From positions 1,184,001 through 1,248,000 of the forward strand of contig CBDCNQ010000005.1 in the NCBI GenBank assembly GCA_965219445.1: DNA of 64,000 nt. The letters run 5' to 3'. Below the pieces are notes generated by a model, which did not search any database, had not been told where the DNA came from, and worked only from the letters and a program-made list of their open reading frames with translations. The position numbers and the translations under genes were made by a program. The stretch comes from Longimicrobiales bacterium (GTDB taxonomy: Bacteria; Gemmatimonadota; Gemmatimonadetes; Longimicrobiales; Gaopeijiaceae). Of this stretch, positions 37,674-48,754 are shown in pieces (position 1 is the stretch's first letter; every line of letters starts with the position of its first letter).

Positions 37674-38552
37674 GTGGACATCGAGAGGGTAGGCGTAGTT
37701 GGATGCGGGCTCATGGGCAGCGGGATCGCAGAGGTCGCGGCGAAGGCGAACTTCGACGTCGTCGTGCTGGAGGTGAGTGACGCCCTGATCGAGGCCGGCC
37801 AGGACCGAATCCGAAAATCGCTCGACCGAGCGGTAGAGAGAGAAAAACTCACGGTTGCCGACGGGGAAGCGGCGTGGAGTCGCCTCCATTTTTCCACCGA
37901 GCTCTCGGAGTTGGCTGATAGACATCTCGTGATCGAGGCGATCATAGAGGAGATCGGGCCCAAGAGAGAGCTGTTCTCGGCTCTGGACGATCTCTGTGGG
38001 CCCGAGGCCATATTCGCCTCGAACACATCATCCCTAACGATTACCGACATGGCGGTGGCTACCGGACGGCCGGATCGGGTGGTTGGCCTCCACTTCTTCA
38101 ATCCGGTGCCGGTGATGGAGCTTGTGGAGGTCGTGCGCACCATCGTGACGGCCGACGAAGTGTTCAGTAAGGTGTTCGCCTTTGCCGAGGCGCTCGGCAA
38201 GAAGCCGATCACGGCGAAGGACAACTCAGGCTTCGTGGTGAACCTGCTCCTGGTGCCCTATATGCTCGACGCCATCCGGCAACTCGAGCGGGGCGCGGCC
38301 TCGATGGAGGATATTGATCGGGCCATGACACTCGGACTGGGGCATCCCATGGGTCCGTTTACCCTCTGCGACTTCGTCGGGATCGATACAGTTTATCGGA
38401 TCTCGGAGATCATGTTCGAGGAGTATCGGGAGGATCGATACGCGCCACCCCCACTCTTGAAGCGGGTCGTCTCGATGGGGCGATTCGGCAGGAAGACGGG
38501 TAAAGGGTTCTACGATTGGTCGGGGGAGCAGCCGATTCCGCTGCCACTTTGA
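37674..38552 (+). CDS. hbd: 3-hydroxybutyryl-CoA dehydrogenase
   Basis: GCGLMGSGIA, ASNTSSL, GLHFFNP, GHPMGP, GRKTGKGFY. Confidence 0.93.
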   Translation: MDIERVGVVGCGLMGSGIAEVAAKANFDVVVLEVSDALIEAGQDRIRKSLDRAVEREKLTVADGEAAWSRLHFSTELSELADRHLVIEAIIEEIGPKRELFSALDDLCGPEAIFASNTSSLTITDMAVATGRPDRVVGLHFFNPVPVMELVEVVRTIVTADEVFSKVFAFAEALGKKPITAKDNSGFVVNLLLVPYMLDAIRQLERGAASMEDIDRAMTLGLGHPMGPFTLCDFVGIDTVYRISEIMFEEYREDRYAPPPLLKRVVSMGRFGRKTGKGFYDWSGEQPIPLPL

Positions 38553-38587
38553 GGGGAAACCCAAAAGCTCGTTGAAGAAGTAGGCCT

Positions 38588-38782
38588 CTAGATCTTGCCT
38601 CGGCGCTGCCGACGGCGTTCTCGCCGAATCGCGGCTTCGCGCTTCCGCTTCCGCTGGGCACTCGGCTTCTCGTAGAAGCGACGCTTCCTGAGTTCCGAGT
38701 AGAGGCCCGAGCGCTGCACCTTCCGCTTGAAGCGGCGGAGCGCCCGTTCGAGGCTCTCGTTGTCTTGAATCGTTACTTCCAA
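38588..38782 (-). CDS. rpsU: 30S ribosomal protein S21
   Basis: [13 protein letters not shown]...RRFYEKPS. Confidence 0.97.
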   Translation of the reverse strand: MEVTIQDNESLERALRRFKRKVQRSGLYSELRKRRFYEKPSAQRKRKREAAIRRERRRQRRGKI

Positions 38783-38878
38783 AGGAAAACAGCTCCCTTC
38801 CTTTGTGGTCTATTCCAAAAGGAAGAATCGAAGATCAAATATCAGACCAAGAGGGGAAAATTAGTGGCTATGTCCATA

Positions 38879-39589
38879 TCAGGGAAGTCTTCGCTCTCGG
38901 TGGAGGGTATGTGTGTAGTGTACGTATTCCTCTCTGTGGGCGAGGAAGTCCTCGACCCAAACTTCGAACGGCGGCATGGGAATACGTGCCTCGATGTACT
39001 CGATGACGAGCATGCCCAGCTGTAACCGATCCTTAGCGCCAAAGTCCACTCGCTGGCCCTTGAGAATCGACTCGACCGCCGCCTCGAAGTATGTGGCGTC
39101 CACCAAAGTGATGAAGTGGCACACCTGATCGAGCCGGTAGGACTGGTAGAGAGACCGGAGTTCGACCGTGTCCAACTTCTTTTCGGCGTCATTCAGATGC
39201 CCTTCCAGATGCACCTCAGCGGACGCGGAGAGTTCCTTCGAATTTTGCAGCAGCAGTTTCTTGAACCACCGACGGGTCTTGGGAGATTCAGGGGCCTCCA
39301 CTCCCCGCGATACGTGCAGAGCCGAGGAGAGCAACGCCCTCACGAGCGGCCGTCCCAGGCCACGGGCCTTATGGTCGATCTCGGCTTGGGACGCCTCAAT
39401 GAAAATATCGGCGGTCCGCACCTCGTCTGACTCGCTGTCGCTGTCCTGCGGGCGGAACACGAGATGTCCGTGCCACCGACTGTCCCGACCGATGAAGGTC
39501 ACCAGAAAACAAGACCAGGATTCTTGTTCCCAGTCTAGAAATCCGAGCGATCGTCGGCGGGATCGATCGATCAGTGCGTGTTCGGTCAA
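38879..39589 (-). CDS. Uncharacterised protein, architecture B-A (see findings)
   Basis: RTADIFIE; LRSLYQSYRLDQV...MPPFEVW. Confidence 0.8.
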   Translation of the reverse strand: MTEHALIDRSRRRSLGFLDWEQESWSCFLVTFIGRDSRWHGHLVFRPQDSDSESDEVRTADIFIEASQAEIDHKARGLGRPLVRALLSSALHVSRGVEAPESPKTRRWFKKLLLQNSKELSASAEVHLEGHLNDAEKKLDTVELRSLYQSYRLDQVCHFITLVDATYFEAAVESILKGQRVDFGAKDRLQLGMLVIEYIEARIPMPPFEVWVEDFLAHREEYVHYTHTLHRERRLP

Positions 39590-39854
39590 GTCGCCAGTTG
39601 GCTAGAGGGTGCGATGGCGAGCTCCCACCTTTAGATTTGAGCTTCTTGCCAGGACAGTAAACATATTGTTATCGTGGATCAACTGGAGTCGAAAAAAATA
39701 GCCATTACCGCATCGCAGAGCCTTTGGTGGATGTCTGTGATACGGGAAAATCCCGGCAGGAATGCCGGTTTTTTTGCCTCGATACTCTCGCAGGTTCGCC
39801 TTCGAGGATCCGTCGATTGAGGATCGACCGCCGATTCGGATAGTGAGGAGACAC

Positions 39855-40766
39855 ATGGAGGGAACGACTTTCTCGCTTCACTCCACAGCCCGGCCCGAGG
39901 CCATGGCCGATGTGCCCGGTGTCTGTGAACTTCCGCTGACCAGGGCCGTGGTCCATTACCGTGATCTTCACGAGGTGGACCCCCCGGGCGGGCGTATCCA
40001 GGACATTGGACTCGCGCTCGTGCTCGAGGGGCGTTTTGCTTCATCCTCGGAAGTCTTGGATCTGGGAAGCTCCGCCGTGAAGATGTTGGATCTGAGTTCC
40101 GAGCTAGTGGTTCTCGACTGGGTCTATGAGCCCACGCTGAAGCACGTCAACCGTTTGCTCATGGAAAGGGCCCGGGGAGATGACGATGTGGAGGCAGCTG
40201 GCCGGCTGGGAAGCTACTCGTTCCGGATGGCCTTGAGCCTGATTGGCCGGCTCGGATACGGGCCACTCACCCGCCCGACGATTCTCAGGATCGGTTTCCG
40301 AGACATTTGCCGGGACCTGGATTTTCACGAGGGCACCTCAGTCCGGATCGTCTTTGGCGAGCATCGAGTGGCGCGTGCACACCTCGACTATGACGCGAAC
40401 TCCTTGGTGTTCAGCACACCCTCTCCAGAACCGGACGCCATCCTCGAAGCCGCCGTGCTGGAAGCGTTTCCTCACAGCGACGTGCTGCGTTTCAGTGAGG
40501 CTCACAACGGTGGGTCGGTGAATTACCAGGTCCGTCTTTCGTTCCCGGCCAGCTTGGCCGAGGCTCGTGAGGAACTCCGAACGATTCGGCGAGGGCTTGG
40601 GGGACTGTTGGCGCGCTTCGAGCCGGAACGCTTCAAGGGGCTCGAGCACCACCTCGCCACTTTCGGCTCGAGGGACACGCTTTCCCAGCTCCACGTCCGA
40701 GAGCGGCGAACGAAGGTCGAGGTGCTCCGGACTCGTCTTGGAGCCGGGGGTGACACCGTCCATTAG
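39855..40766 (+). CDS. Uncharacterised protein (303 aa)
   Basis: GAGGAG RBS; long ORF with natural composition; 9 bp from the next gene. Confidence 0.8.
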   Translation: MEGTTFSLHSTARPEAMADVPGVCELPLTRAVVHYRDLHEVDPPGGRIQDIGLALVLEGRFASSSEVLDLGSSAVKMLDLSSELVVLDWVYEPTLKHVNRLLMERARGDDDVEAAGRLGSYSFRMALSLIGRLGYGPLTRPTILRIGFRDICRDLDFHEGTSVRIVFGEHRVARAHLDYDANSLVFSTPSPEPDAILEAAVLEAFPHSDVLRFSEAHNGGSVNYQVRLSFPASLAEAREELRTIRRGLGGLLARFEPERFKGLEHHLATFGSRDTLSQLHVRERRTKVEVLRTRLGAGGDTVH

Positions 40767-40775
40767 CATCACACC

Positions 40776-41378
40776 ATGACGCTCACCCCTGAGCGCGACC
40801 CGCGGAGCGCCCTGCTTGATCCGGTAGACCGCGAAGCTTCGCCGTCCCATACCGCGGTACTGAGGGGACGCTATGAGGCGTATTGCCAACAACAGGTAAC
40901 ACTTCTCTTGGAGATCATCCCGTCGGAGGCGGTGAGACCGCTTTACCGTCGTGCGAGGACTTGGGCGACTGAGGAGGGGTTCCACGAATCCAAAGATCCG
41001 ATGTCGACCCTGCGCAGTTTCTGCCGTGAGGTGCTACTGCTTCCACCATTCGAAGTCTGGCAGTTGGACTATGCAAACCATCGTGTGGCTCATGTGAGTG
41101 CTGGAGTGGAGCGGTCTCCTCTGGCTGAGCCGATGGAGCCGATCGCGGTCGATGTCCGTCGGATCGAGCACGAGGAGGAGCCATGGCAGGGAACGCTCGA
41201 GGTGTACCGGGGCGGGGATGTGTGGCGGGGGCTCATTCGATTCCAGCGCGATGGAGAAGAAGGCTACTTCCGCACCGGCGAGATCTTCTGCGAGGATGAC
41301 CTCCAAGACCTTCGAGATCGCTTCATTTCCTTCACTGCGCCTACCATGAGCGCGTTTCTGCGCTCGACCCTTCCGTAA
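40776..41378 (+). CDS. Uncharacterised protein, architecture A-B
   Basis: LRGRYEAYCQQQV...LPPFEVW; RTGEIFCE. Confidence 0.82.
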   Translation: MTLTPERDPRSALLDPVDREASPSHTAVLRGRYEAYCQQQVTLLLEIIPSEAVRPLYRRARTWATEEGFHESKDPMSTLRSFCREVLLLPPFEVWQLDYANHRVAHVSAGVERSPLAEPMEPIAVDVRRIEHEEEPWQGTLEVYRGGDVWRGLIRFQRDGEEGYFRTGEIFCEDDLQDLRDRFISFTAPTMSAFLRSTLP

Positions 41379-41593
41379 ACCGGGTTTTTCCCAAAAAACG
41401 CAGCCAGCAGGAAGTTCAATTTTCACGGAATTGGTTCTCGTAAGTTCCCATCATAATTGAGCTTCACTCCTACGAAAATGCAAAACATTGGGTGCTCTAG
41501 GGGTCGAGGAACAATTGATTTCGGGCCAAATACCTATTTTATAAGTAGTTGCAGAGCAACACTTTACGAACTTTAGTTGGGCGCACGACAATT

Positions 41594-41725
41594 TTGACAA
41601 CAGGCTTGCGCGCGTCGGAAATCACGTGTACTATGGTTTTGCCTCGACGCTGTTGCTTTTCCTTGACACTTTCGAAATTCACGATGCTACAGTCGGTCCT
41701 ATCGGGTAATTTCGTGAATTTTCGA
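41594..41725 (+). promoter_or_regulatory. Sigma70-like promoter candidates and a spaced inverted repeat
   Basis: TTGCGC-17-TACTAT (41606-41634); TTGACA (41663) with TGcTACAGT; TCGAAATTCACGA (41672-41684) / TCGTGAATTTTCGA (41711-41725). Confidence 0.5.
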
Positions 41726-41754
41726 GCCACCGAAACCTCGGGAGAAGTGTGCTC

Positions 41755-41958
41755 ATGTGGGAGACTCGATCTGTGCAGATTTCCGTCCGACTTCCGCATG
41801 ATATAGCAGAACAGGCTGAGGAAGTGCAGAAGGTAGATCCGGAATTCTTGAGCCGGGTCGTGCTCTATGGTCTCACCCGCCGATCGATCTATCACCAGCT
41901 GCGTGAGCGCAGCTTGGACCAACCTACAGACGCCGTCACCGCCCCACGCGCCAGTTAA
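41755..41958 (+). CDS. Small ribbon-helix-helix-like protein
   Basis: SVQISVRLP.D alternating strand followed by two helices (LSRVVLYGL). Confidence 0.65.
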   Translation: MWETRSVQISVRLPHDIAEQAEEVQKVDPEFLSRVVLYGLTRRSIYHQLRERSLDQPTDAVTAPRAS

Positions 41959-42064
41959 GGGGCTTGACTCTCCCGGTGCACCCCAATAAGAACTAGGGGC
42001 AAGTAGGGCAGCTACTTGCACGCCGAAGGCCGGCGTGCGCGCGTGTAGTGCTGGGAGGGACGAC

Positions 42065-42409
42065 ATGAGCGACGCCCGGCCGAAAAAGCCCCAAGAAGGC
42101 AACGGTGAATTGGCGGAACGCGTTCTCCGGGCAAAGTATCTGGACTACTGTTCCTCTCAAGTCGCCGAGCATCTACTCAGGCTTTCGCCGGACGAGATCT
42201 ACGTCCTTGCGCAGGAGGCGCTTCGTGCGGGCGGGCGGGAAAGTGAGCCCTCCTACGAGGAGATGGTGCGATTGGCAACCGAGGGTGTCGCTCAACGCCT
42301 CACGCTTCCCCCGTTCGCGGAGTGGGCCGAAGAATACAAGCGGGACCCAGGCCGGTACGACCATCAGCTGATCGGTCTTTGGCAAAGCGAGCTGGACGAG
42401 TCGTCGTAG
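42065..42409 (+). CDS. Uncharacterised protein, domain A only
   Basis: GGAGG RBS; LRAKYLDYCSSQV...LPPFAEW. Confidence 0.82.
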   Translation: MSDARPKKPQEGNGELAERVLRAKYLDYCSSQVAEHLLRLSPDEIYVLAQEALRAGGRESEPSYEEMVRLATEGVAQRLTLPPFAEWAEEYKRDPGRYDHQLIGLWQSELDESS

Positions 42410-42423
42410 TGTCGTGTCCCGGT

Positions 42424-42855
42424 TTAGAACGGCAGGTCGTCGTCCGGTTCGGAGATCGGCGCCGCCGGCGACGAGATGGGATCGTCCTGAGCGTCGCCGC
42501 CGCGGCCACCTCCACCTCCACCGGGAGTCGACCCGAGCATGACCATCTCGGTCACGATAATATCGGTCCAGTATCTCTTCTGACCGTCCTTTTCTGTTTC
42601 TGAATATTCGACGCGCCCTTCGACGTAGAGTCGGTCCCCCTTCTTTACCCATTGATCGACGATGTCGACGAGGCGGCCGAAGAAAGTCAGGCGGTGCCAC
42701 TCGGTCTTCTCCTTCTGCTGCCCAGAGCCGTCCTTCCACTGGCGGTTCGTGGCCAGCGACACCTTCGCTACTTGGTTACCCGAAGAGGTGGCTCGGACGT
42801 CAGGGTCGTTTCCCACGTTTCCGATGAGCATGACCTTGTTGAGGGACCGACTCAT
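42424..42855 (-). CDS. ssb: Single-stranded DNA-binding protein
   Basis: SLNKVMLIGNVG.DP, TEWHR, DDLPF C-terminus. Confidence 0.97.
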   Translation of the reverse strand: MSRSLNKVMLIGNVGNDPDVRATSSGNQVAKVSLATNRQWKDGSGQQKEKTEWHRLTFFGRLVDIVDQWVKKGDRLYVEGRVEYSETEKDGQKRYWTDIIVTEMVMLGSTPGGGGGGRGGDAQDDPISSPAAPISEPDDDLPF

Positions 42856-43039
42856 TATCGTGCGCTCCTTGGAGATTGATACAGGGTGCCGCACCACTTC
42901 GGCCGTGCGGCGCCACAAGGTACGAAGGGCTCTGAGCGGGCGCTATGGGCGGCTGGCGCCTTCTGAACGGCCCTCCTAGCTTTTGCCTGATGGGCCCCCA
43001 CCCGGGTGCCTTCCTACCATGGAGCTGGCCGAACTTGCG

Positions 43040-43825
43040 ATGAGTGATCTTCAGTACCTTCGAGTGGAGTGGGACGGGGAGCTGGCGATGGTCGTGATCG
43101 ACCGAACCGAGAAACTCAACGCCCTGAATACGGAGGTCATTCGCGAGCTAGGCGACGTGTTTCGTGACCTCAGGGACGATGACGATGTCCTGGGAGTGAT
43201 CCTGACTGGGGCAGGTGAGAAAGCCTTTGTCGCCGGTGGGGACATTGGTGAACTCGCTCAGCTAACGCCGCTCACCGGCGTGACGGAAAGCCGAGAGGGG
43301 CAGCGGATTCTTACGGAGATCGAGCGTTTTCCGAAGCCCGTTCTCGCTGCGGTTGGAGGGTATGCGTTGGGTGGCGGATGCGAGCTGGCCCTCGCGTGCC
43401 ACCTGCGAGTCGCCAGCGAAAATGCCCGTTTTGGGCTTCCCGAGGTGGGGCTCGGCACCATACCCGGGTACGGCGGCACGATGAGGCTCGCCAAAGTGGT
43501 GGGGCTCGGTCTTGCGGTAGAGATGATCCTGACCGGCGCCATGGTCGATGCGGAGAGGGCCGAGCGCATCGGGCTGGTGAGCGCCGTCTATCCCCAAACG
43601 GCGCTCCTCGATCAGGCGAAGGCGTTTATTCGCGGAGTCACGAAGAACGGCCCGGTCGCGGTTCGCATGGCGCTGGAGTCCATTTACTTGGCCCAAAATA
43701 CGGCCCCGGCGGACGCCGCGAGCTTCGAATCCGCACTGTTCGGACTACTCGCTTCCACCACCGACATGAAAGAGGGAATGACGGCCTTTCTCGAGAAGCG
43801 AAAGGCGACGTTCAAGGGCGAATAG
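43040..43825 (+). CDS. Enoyl-CoA hydratase / crotonase
   Basis: AFVAGGDI, GYALGGGCELALAC, FGLPEV.LG.IPGYGGT. Confidence 0.94.
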   Translation: MSDLQYLRVEWDGELAMVVIDRTEKLNALNTEVIRELGDVFRDLRDDDDVLGVILTGAGEKAFVAGGDIGELAQLTPLTGVTESREGQRILTEIERFPKPVLAAVGGYALGGGCELALACHLRVASENARFGLPEVGLGTIPGYGGTMRLAKVVGLGLAVEMILTGAMVDAERAERIGLVSAVYPQTALLDQAKAFIRGVTKNGPVAVRMALESIYLAQNTAPADAASFESALFGLLASTTDMKEGMTAFLEKRKATFKGE

Positions 43826-43907
43826 CCTGGGCCGGCGAGGGTGGTTTTAGAGCCCTTGGACGGTTAAATTTTTCTATGTTCTCGAGGCTTTTCCTGGCAT
43901 CTGTTCC

Positions 43908-45032
43908 TTGCACCTGAGCGTGCTGAAACTACGGCTTTTTCGCAACCTCGGGGACCAGGAGCTTTCCTTCCCTCCAGAGGGCGTGGCGGTCATCGGCGCG
44001 AACGCTCATGGGAAGTCGAACCTACTCGAGGCCATCTACTATCTGGAGACGTTCCGCTCGTTTCGGGGCGCTCGTGTGGAGCACCTCATCGCGTTCGGGG
44101 AGGATGTCTTCCGGGTAGCCGGTCGGGTGGTTTCCGCGAACGATCTCGAGGGCTCACCGACCGAGATTGCGGCGGCGTACGAGGGATCGAGTCGCCGGCG
44201 GAGGGTGACCATCGACGGTGCGGAGCCGAACCGCATCGGGGATGCGATCGGGAGGTTGGGCGCCGTGATTTTCTCGCCGGCCGATGTGGGCATCGTCAAC
44301 GACGGACCGGTCCGCCGCCGGCGATTCCTGGACGTAGCGCTTTCATTGAACGAGGAAGGCTACTTGGTGGCTCTTCAGGCCTTCCGGCACGCGCTGGCCC
44401 AGCGAAACGCGGCTCTCCGTACCGATCAGCTCGAGGCGACGGTGCGGGCGTGGGACGAGCCCCTCGCCCGGAGTGCCGGGACCGTCATGGGGGCTCGGTA
44501 CCGATGGATCGCTGAATGGCGGGACGCCTTCCGCGGATACTACGAAGACGTGAGCGGACGTGACTCGGCGACGATGACCTACGTGCCCAAGGTTTCCGTG
44601 AGCGACTGGCATGACAATGGCATTTATGGGGCGGTCCGAAGCGCTCTGGACGACCGTTGGGCTGTCGATCTCCGGCGGAAGACTACGAGTGCCGGACCCC
44701 ATCGGGATGAACTCCTGCTCGCGCTCGTACACGGCGAGAGCGAGGTCGAGGTGAGGGAGTTCGGTTCTGGAGGGCAACGCCGGACGGTGGCCCTAGCACT
44801 CCGATTGGTAGAAGGGGATGCCATCCGCAGGGCGAGGGATAGTGCCCCGGTTCTCCTTCTCGACGACGCGTTTGCCGAGTTGGACGACGCTAGGAGGGAG
44901 AGGGTTCTCGGGCTGATGGGGCGAGGCCGCTTCGGTCAGGTCATCCTCACGGCGCCCAAGGCGAGCGACGTCCCCCTCCACGGAGATGTGCTTCCGCGAT
45001 GGGGCATCGACAATGGACGGATCTGCGCGTGA
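43908..45032 (+). CDS. recF: DNA replication and repair protein RecF
   Basis: FRN, GANAHGKSNLLEAI, RRRFLD, GPHRDEL, S.GQ.R, LLLDDAFAELD. Confidence 0.96.
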   Translation: MHLSVLKLRLFRNLGDQELSFPPEGVAVIGANAHGKSNLLEAIYYLETFRSFRGARVEHLIAFGEDVFRVAGRVVSANDLEGSPTEIAAAYEGSSRRRRVTIDGAEPNRIGDAIGRLGAVIFSPADVGIVNDGPVRRRRFLDVALSLNEEGYLVALQAFRHALAQRNAALRTDQLEATVRAWDEPLARSAGTVMGARYRWIAEWRDAFRGYYEDVSGRDSATMTYVPKVSVSDWHDNGIYGAVRSALDDRWAVDLRRKTTSAGPHRDELLLALVHGESEVEVREFGSGGQRRTVALALRLVEGDAIRRARDSAPVLLLDDAFAELDDARRERVLGLMGRGRFGQVILTAPKASDVPLHGDVLPRWGIDNGRICA

Positions 45033-45343
45033 ACAACGTTGGGCCGACGCGGGTGGCGGATCTCCTCGAAGACGTTTTGGCGAAGCGCGGTGTTGGTGCG
45101 CAGATCCAGAGGATTGGTGCGCTCAACGTCTGGTCGGGTGCGGTCGGCAAGAAAATTGCCGAAGTGACGGAAGTGAAGACGGTGGTAGCGTCGACGCTGT
45201 TTGTTGAAGTCCGGAGCAGCGCGTGGCTCATGGAATTGAGCCTCATGAAGGAGGCCCTGTTGGAACGGGTCAATGCGGAGTTGGGAGGGGAGGGGACGAT
45301 CGATCGGATCGTCCTGACGCTGATGGAGGGGGATGGATCGTAA
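45029..45343 (+). CDS. DUF721 / DciA-family protein
   Basis: W...VG..IA..T...L.VEV.SSAW..EL; between recF and gyrB. Confidence 0.88.
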   Translation: MNNVGPTRVADLLEDVLAKRGVGAQIQRIGALNVWSGAVGKKIAEVTEVKTVVASTLFVEVRSSAWLMELSLMKEALLERVNAELGGEGTIDRIVLTLMEGDGS

Positions 45344-45396
45344 CCACCGTAATTGGGACGGTTTACGGTCCTGACCCACTAAGGAGTGTGCCGTAG

Positions 45397-47352
<1,956 letters not shown>

Positions 47353-47364
47353 AAGGCTCTTCCG

Positions 47365-47952
47365 GTGACCGACCCCAAGCGCCTCAACATGCAACAGCTC
47401 GTCTCGTACCTGGCTGAGAACGCCGGGCACTGGATCGAGAGTCAGCGTGCCCAGCACCGGGTGCACGCGGACCCTCTGCCCGACACGACCGTGGCCGCCC
47501 TCAGTGGTTTTTTCGCGCAAGGTACGTTGGGTCGGACCAGAGTCAGGCACGTCGCCAGCATAGAGAATCCGCCCTTCTACAGGGAGTTCGAAGAGGCTGG
47601 AGAGGCGTTTCCACTGGACTTCACGGTTTGGGCCGCCATCACGTTCGGGGACGTCATCCTCGTGAACGGTGAGCAGGTGCCAGGGCCGCCGTCCCATTCG
47701 GTTCTCTTCCACGAGATGGTCCATGTGGTGCAGTATGACGTGCTGGGGATCCACGAGTTCGCGCGCCGGTACGTGGAGCCCTTCATACAGAACCGCTTCA
47801 ACTACATGTCCATTCCGCTCGAAACGGTCGCATTCGACCTCCAGGGGCGGTTCGAGGAGTGGAGCGGTGAGCCGTTTTCGGCGGAGGCGGAGATTCGTTC
47901 GAGAATCGGTGCGCCGGGGCTTCCTTACGCCGGGAGTGGAAGGCCGGACTAG
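47365..47952 (+). CDS. HExxH zincin-like (DUF4157-type) protein
   Basis: AITFGDVI...LFHEMVHVVQY...PLE..A. Confidence 0.7.
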   Translation: MTDPKRLNMQQLVSYLAENAGHWIESQRAQHRVHADPLPDTTVAALSGFFAQGTLGRTRVRHVASIENPPFYREFEEAGEAFPLDFTVWAAITFGDVILVNGEQVPGPPSHSVLFHEMVHVVQYDVLGIHEFARRYVEPFIQNRFNYMSIPLETVAFDLQGRFEEWSGEPFSAEAEIRSRIGAPGLPYAGSGRPD

Positions 47953-47957
47953 AGCCA

Positions 47958-48754
47958 ATGCCAGATGGCCGCGGACTCTCGGATCGAACGGGACACGTGT
48001 GTGTCATCGGGGCGGGTAGCTCTGGGCTGACGGCGGCCAAGAACTTCAAGGTGGCCGGATTCGAGGTCGAGGTTCTCGAGGCCTGTGCCGATCTGGGGGG
48101 AAACTGGAACTACGACTCCCCGGCGTCGCGAGTGTACCGCTCCACGCATACGATCTCCTCGAAACCCGGCACTGAGTATCCTGATCATCCCATGCCGGCC
48201 GAGTATCCGGATTATCCGCACCACGCGAAGATCCTCGCGTACCTGAGAGGGTATGCCGGCCACTTCGATCTCGAACGTCTCATCGAATACGAGACACGGG
48301 TTGAACGAGTGGAGCCGTCGACCGAGTCGGGGCCCTCGGGCGACGCCTGATGGGGAAGCGCGTGCTCGTCGTGGGAGGCGGAAATTCCGGGTGCGACATC
48401 GTGGTCGAAGCTGCGCACAAAGCGGGCGCGGCGTTCCACAGCACGCGGCGGTGGTATCACTACGTCCCCAAGTATCTCTGGGGTCGGCCCTCGGATCAGG
48501 TCGCCGACCTGATGCACGCGTTTCGCATTCCCATGCGGATTCAGCGGATGGTTGGGATGATTTCGTTGCGGCTGGCCCGAGGCCCACAACGGAAGCTCGG
48601 CCTACCTGAACCGGATCACCGCCTCTTCGAAACCCACCCGATCGTCAACACGCTGCTCCCGTACTTCGTGCAGCACGGGGCGATCATTCCCAAGCCGGAC
48701 ATCGACAGGCTCGCCGGGCGACGAGTGCACTTCGTGGACGGTGCGGCGCCTTAG
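47958..48754 (+). pseudogene. Flavin-containing monooxygenase with internal deletion and 3' truncation
   Basis: VIGAGSSGL and GKRVLVVGGGNSGCDI present in different frames; FxGxxxHxxxY motif and C-terminal third absent. Confidence 0.8.

Noticed and set aside
41379..41754. AT-rich spacer near ssb/recF/gyrB as oriC
   Set aside because: No TTATCCACA-like DnaA boxes seen and no dnaA in the window.
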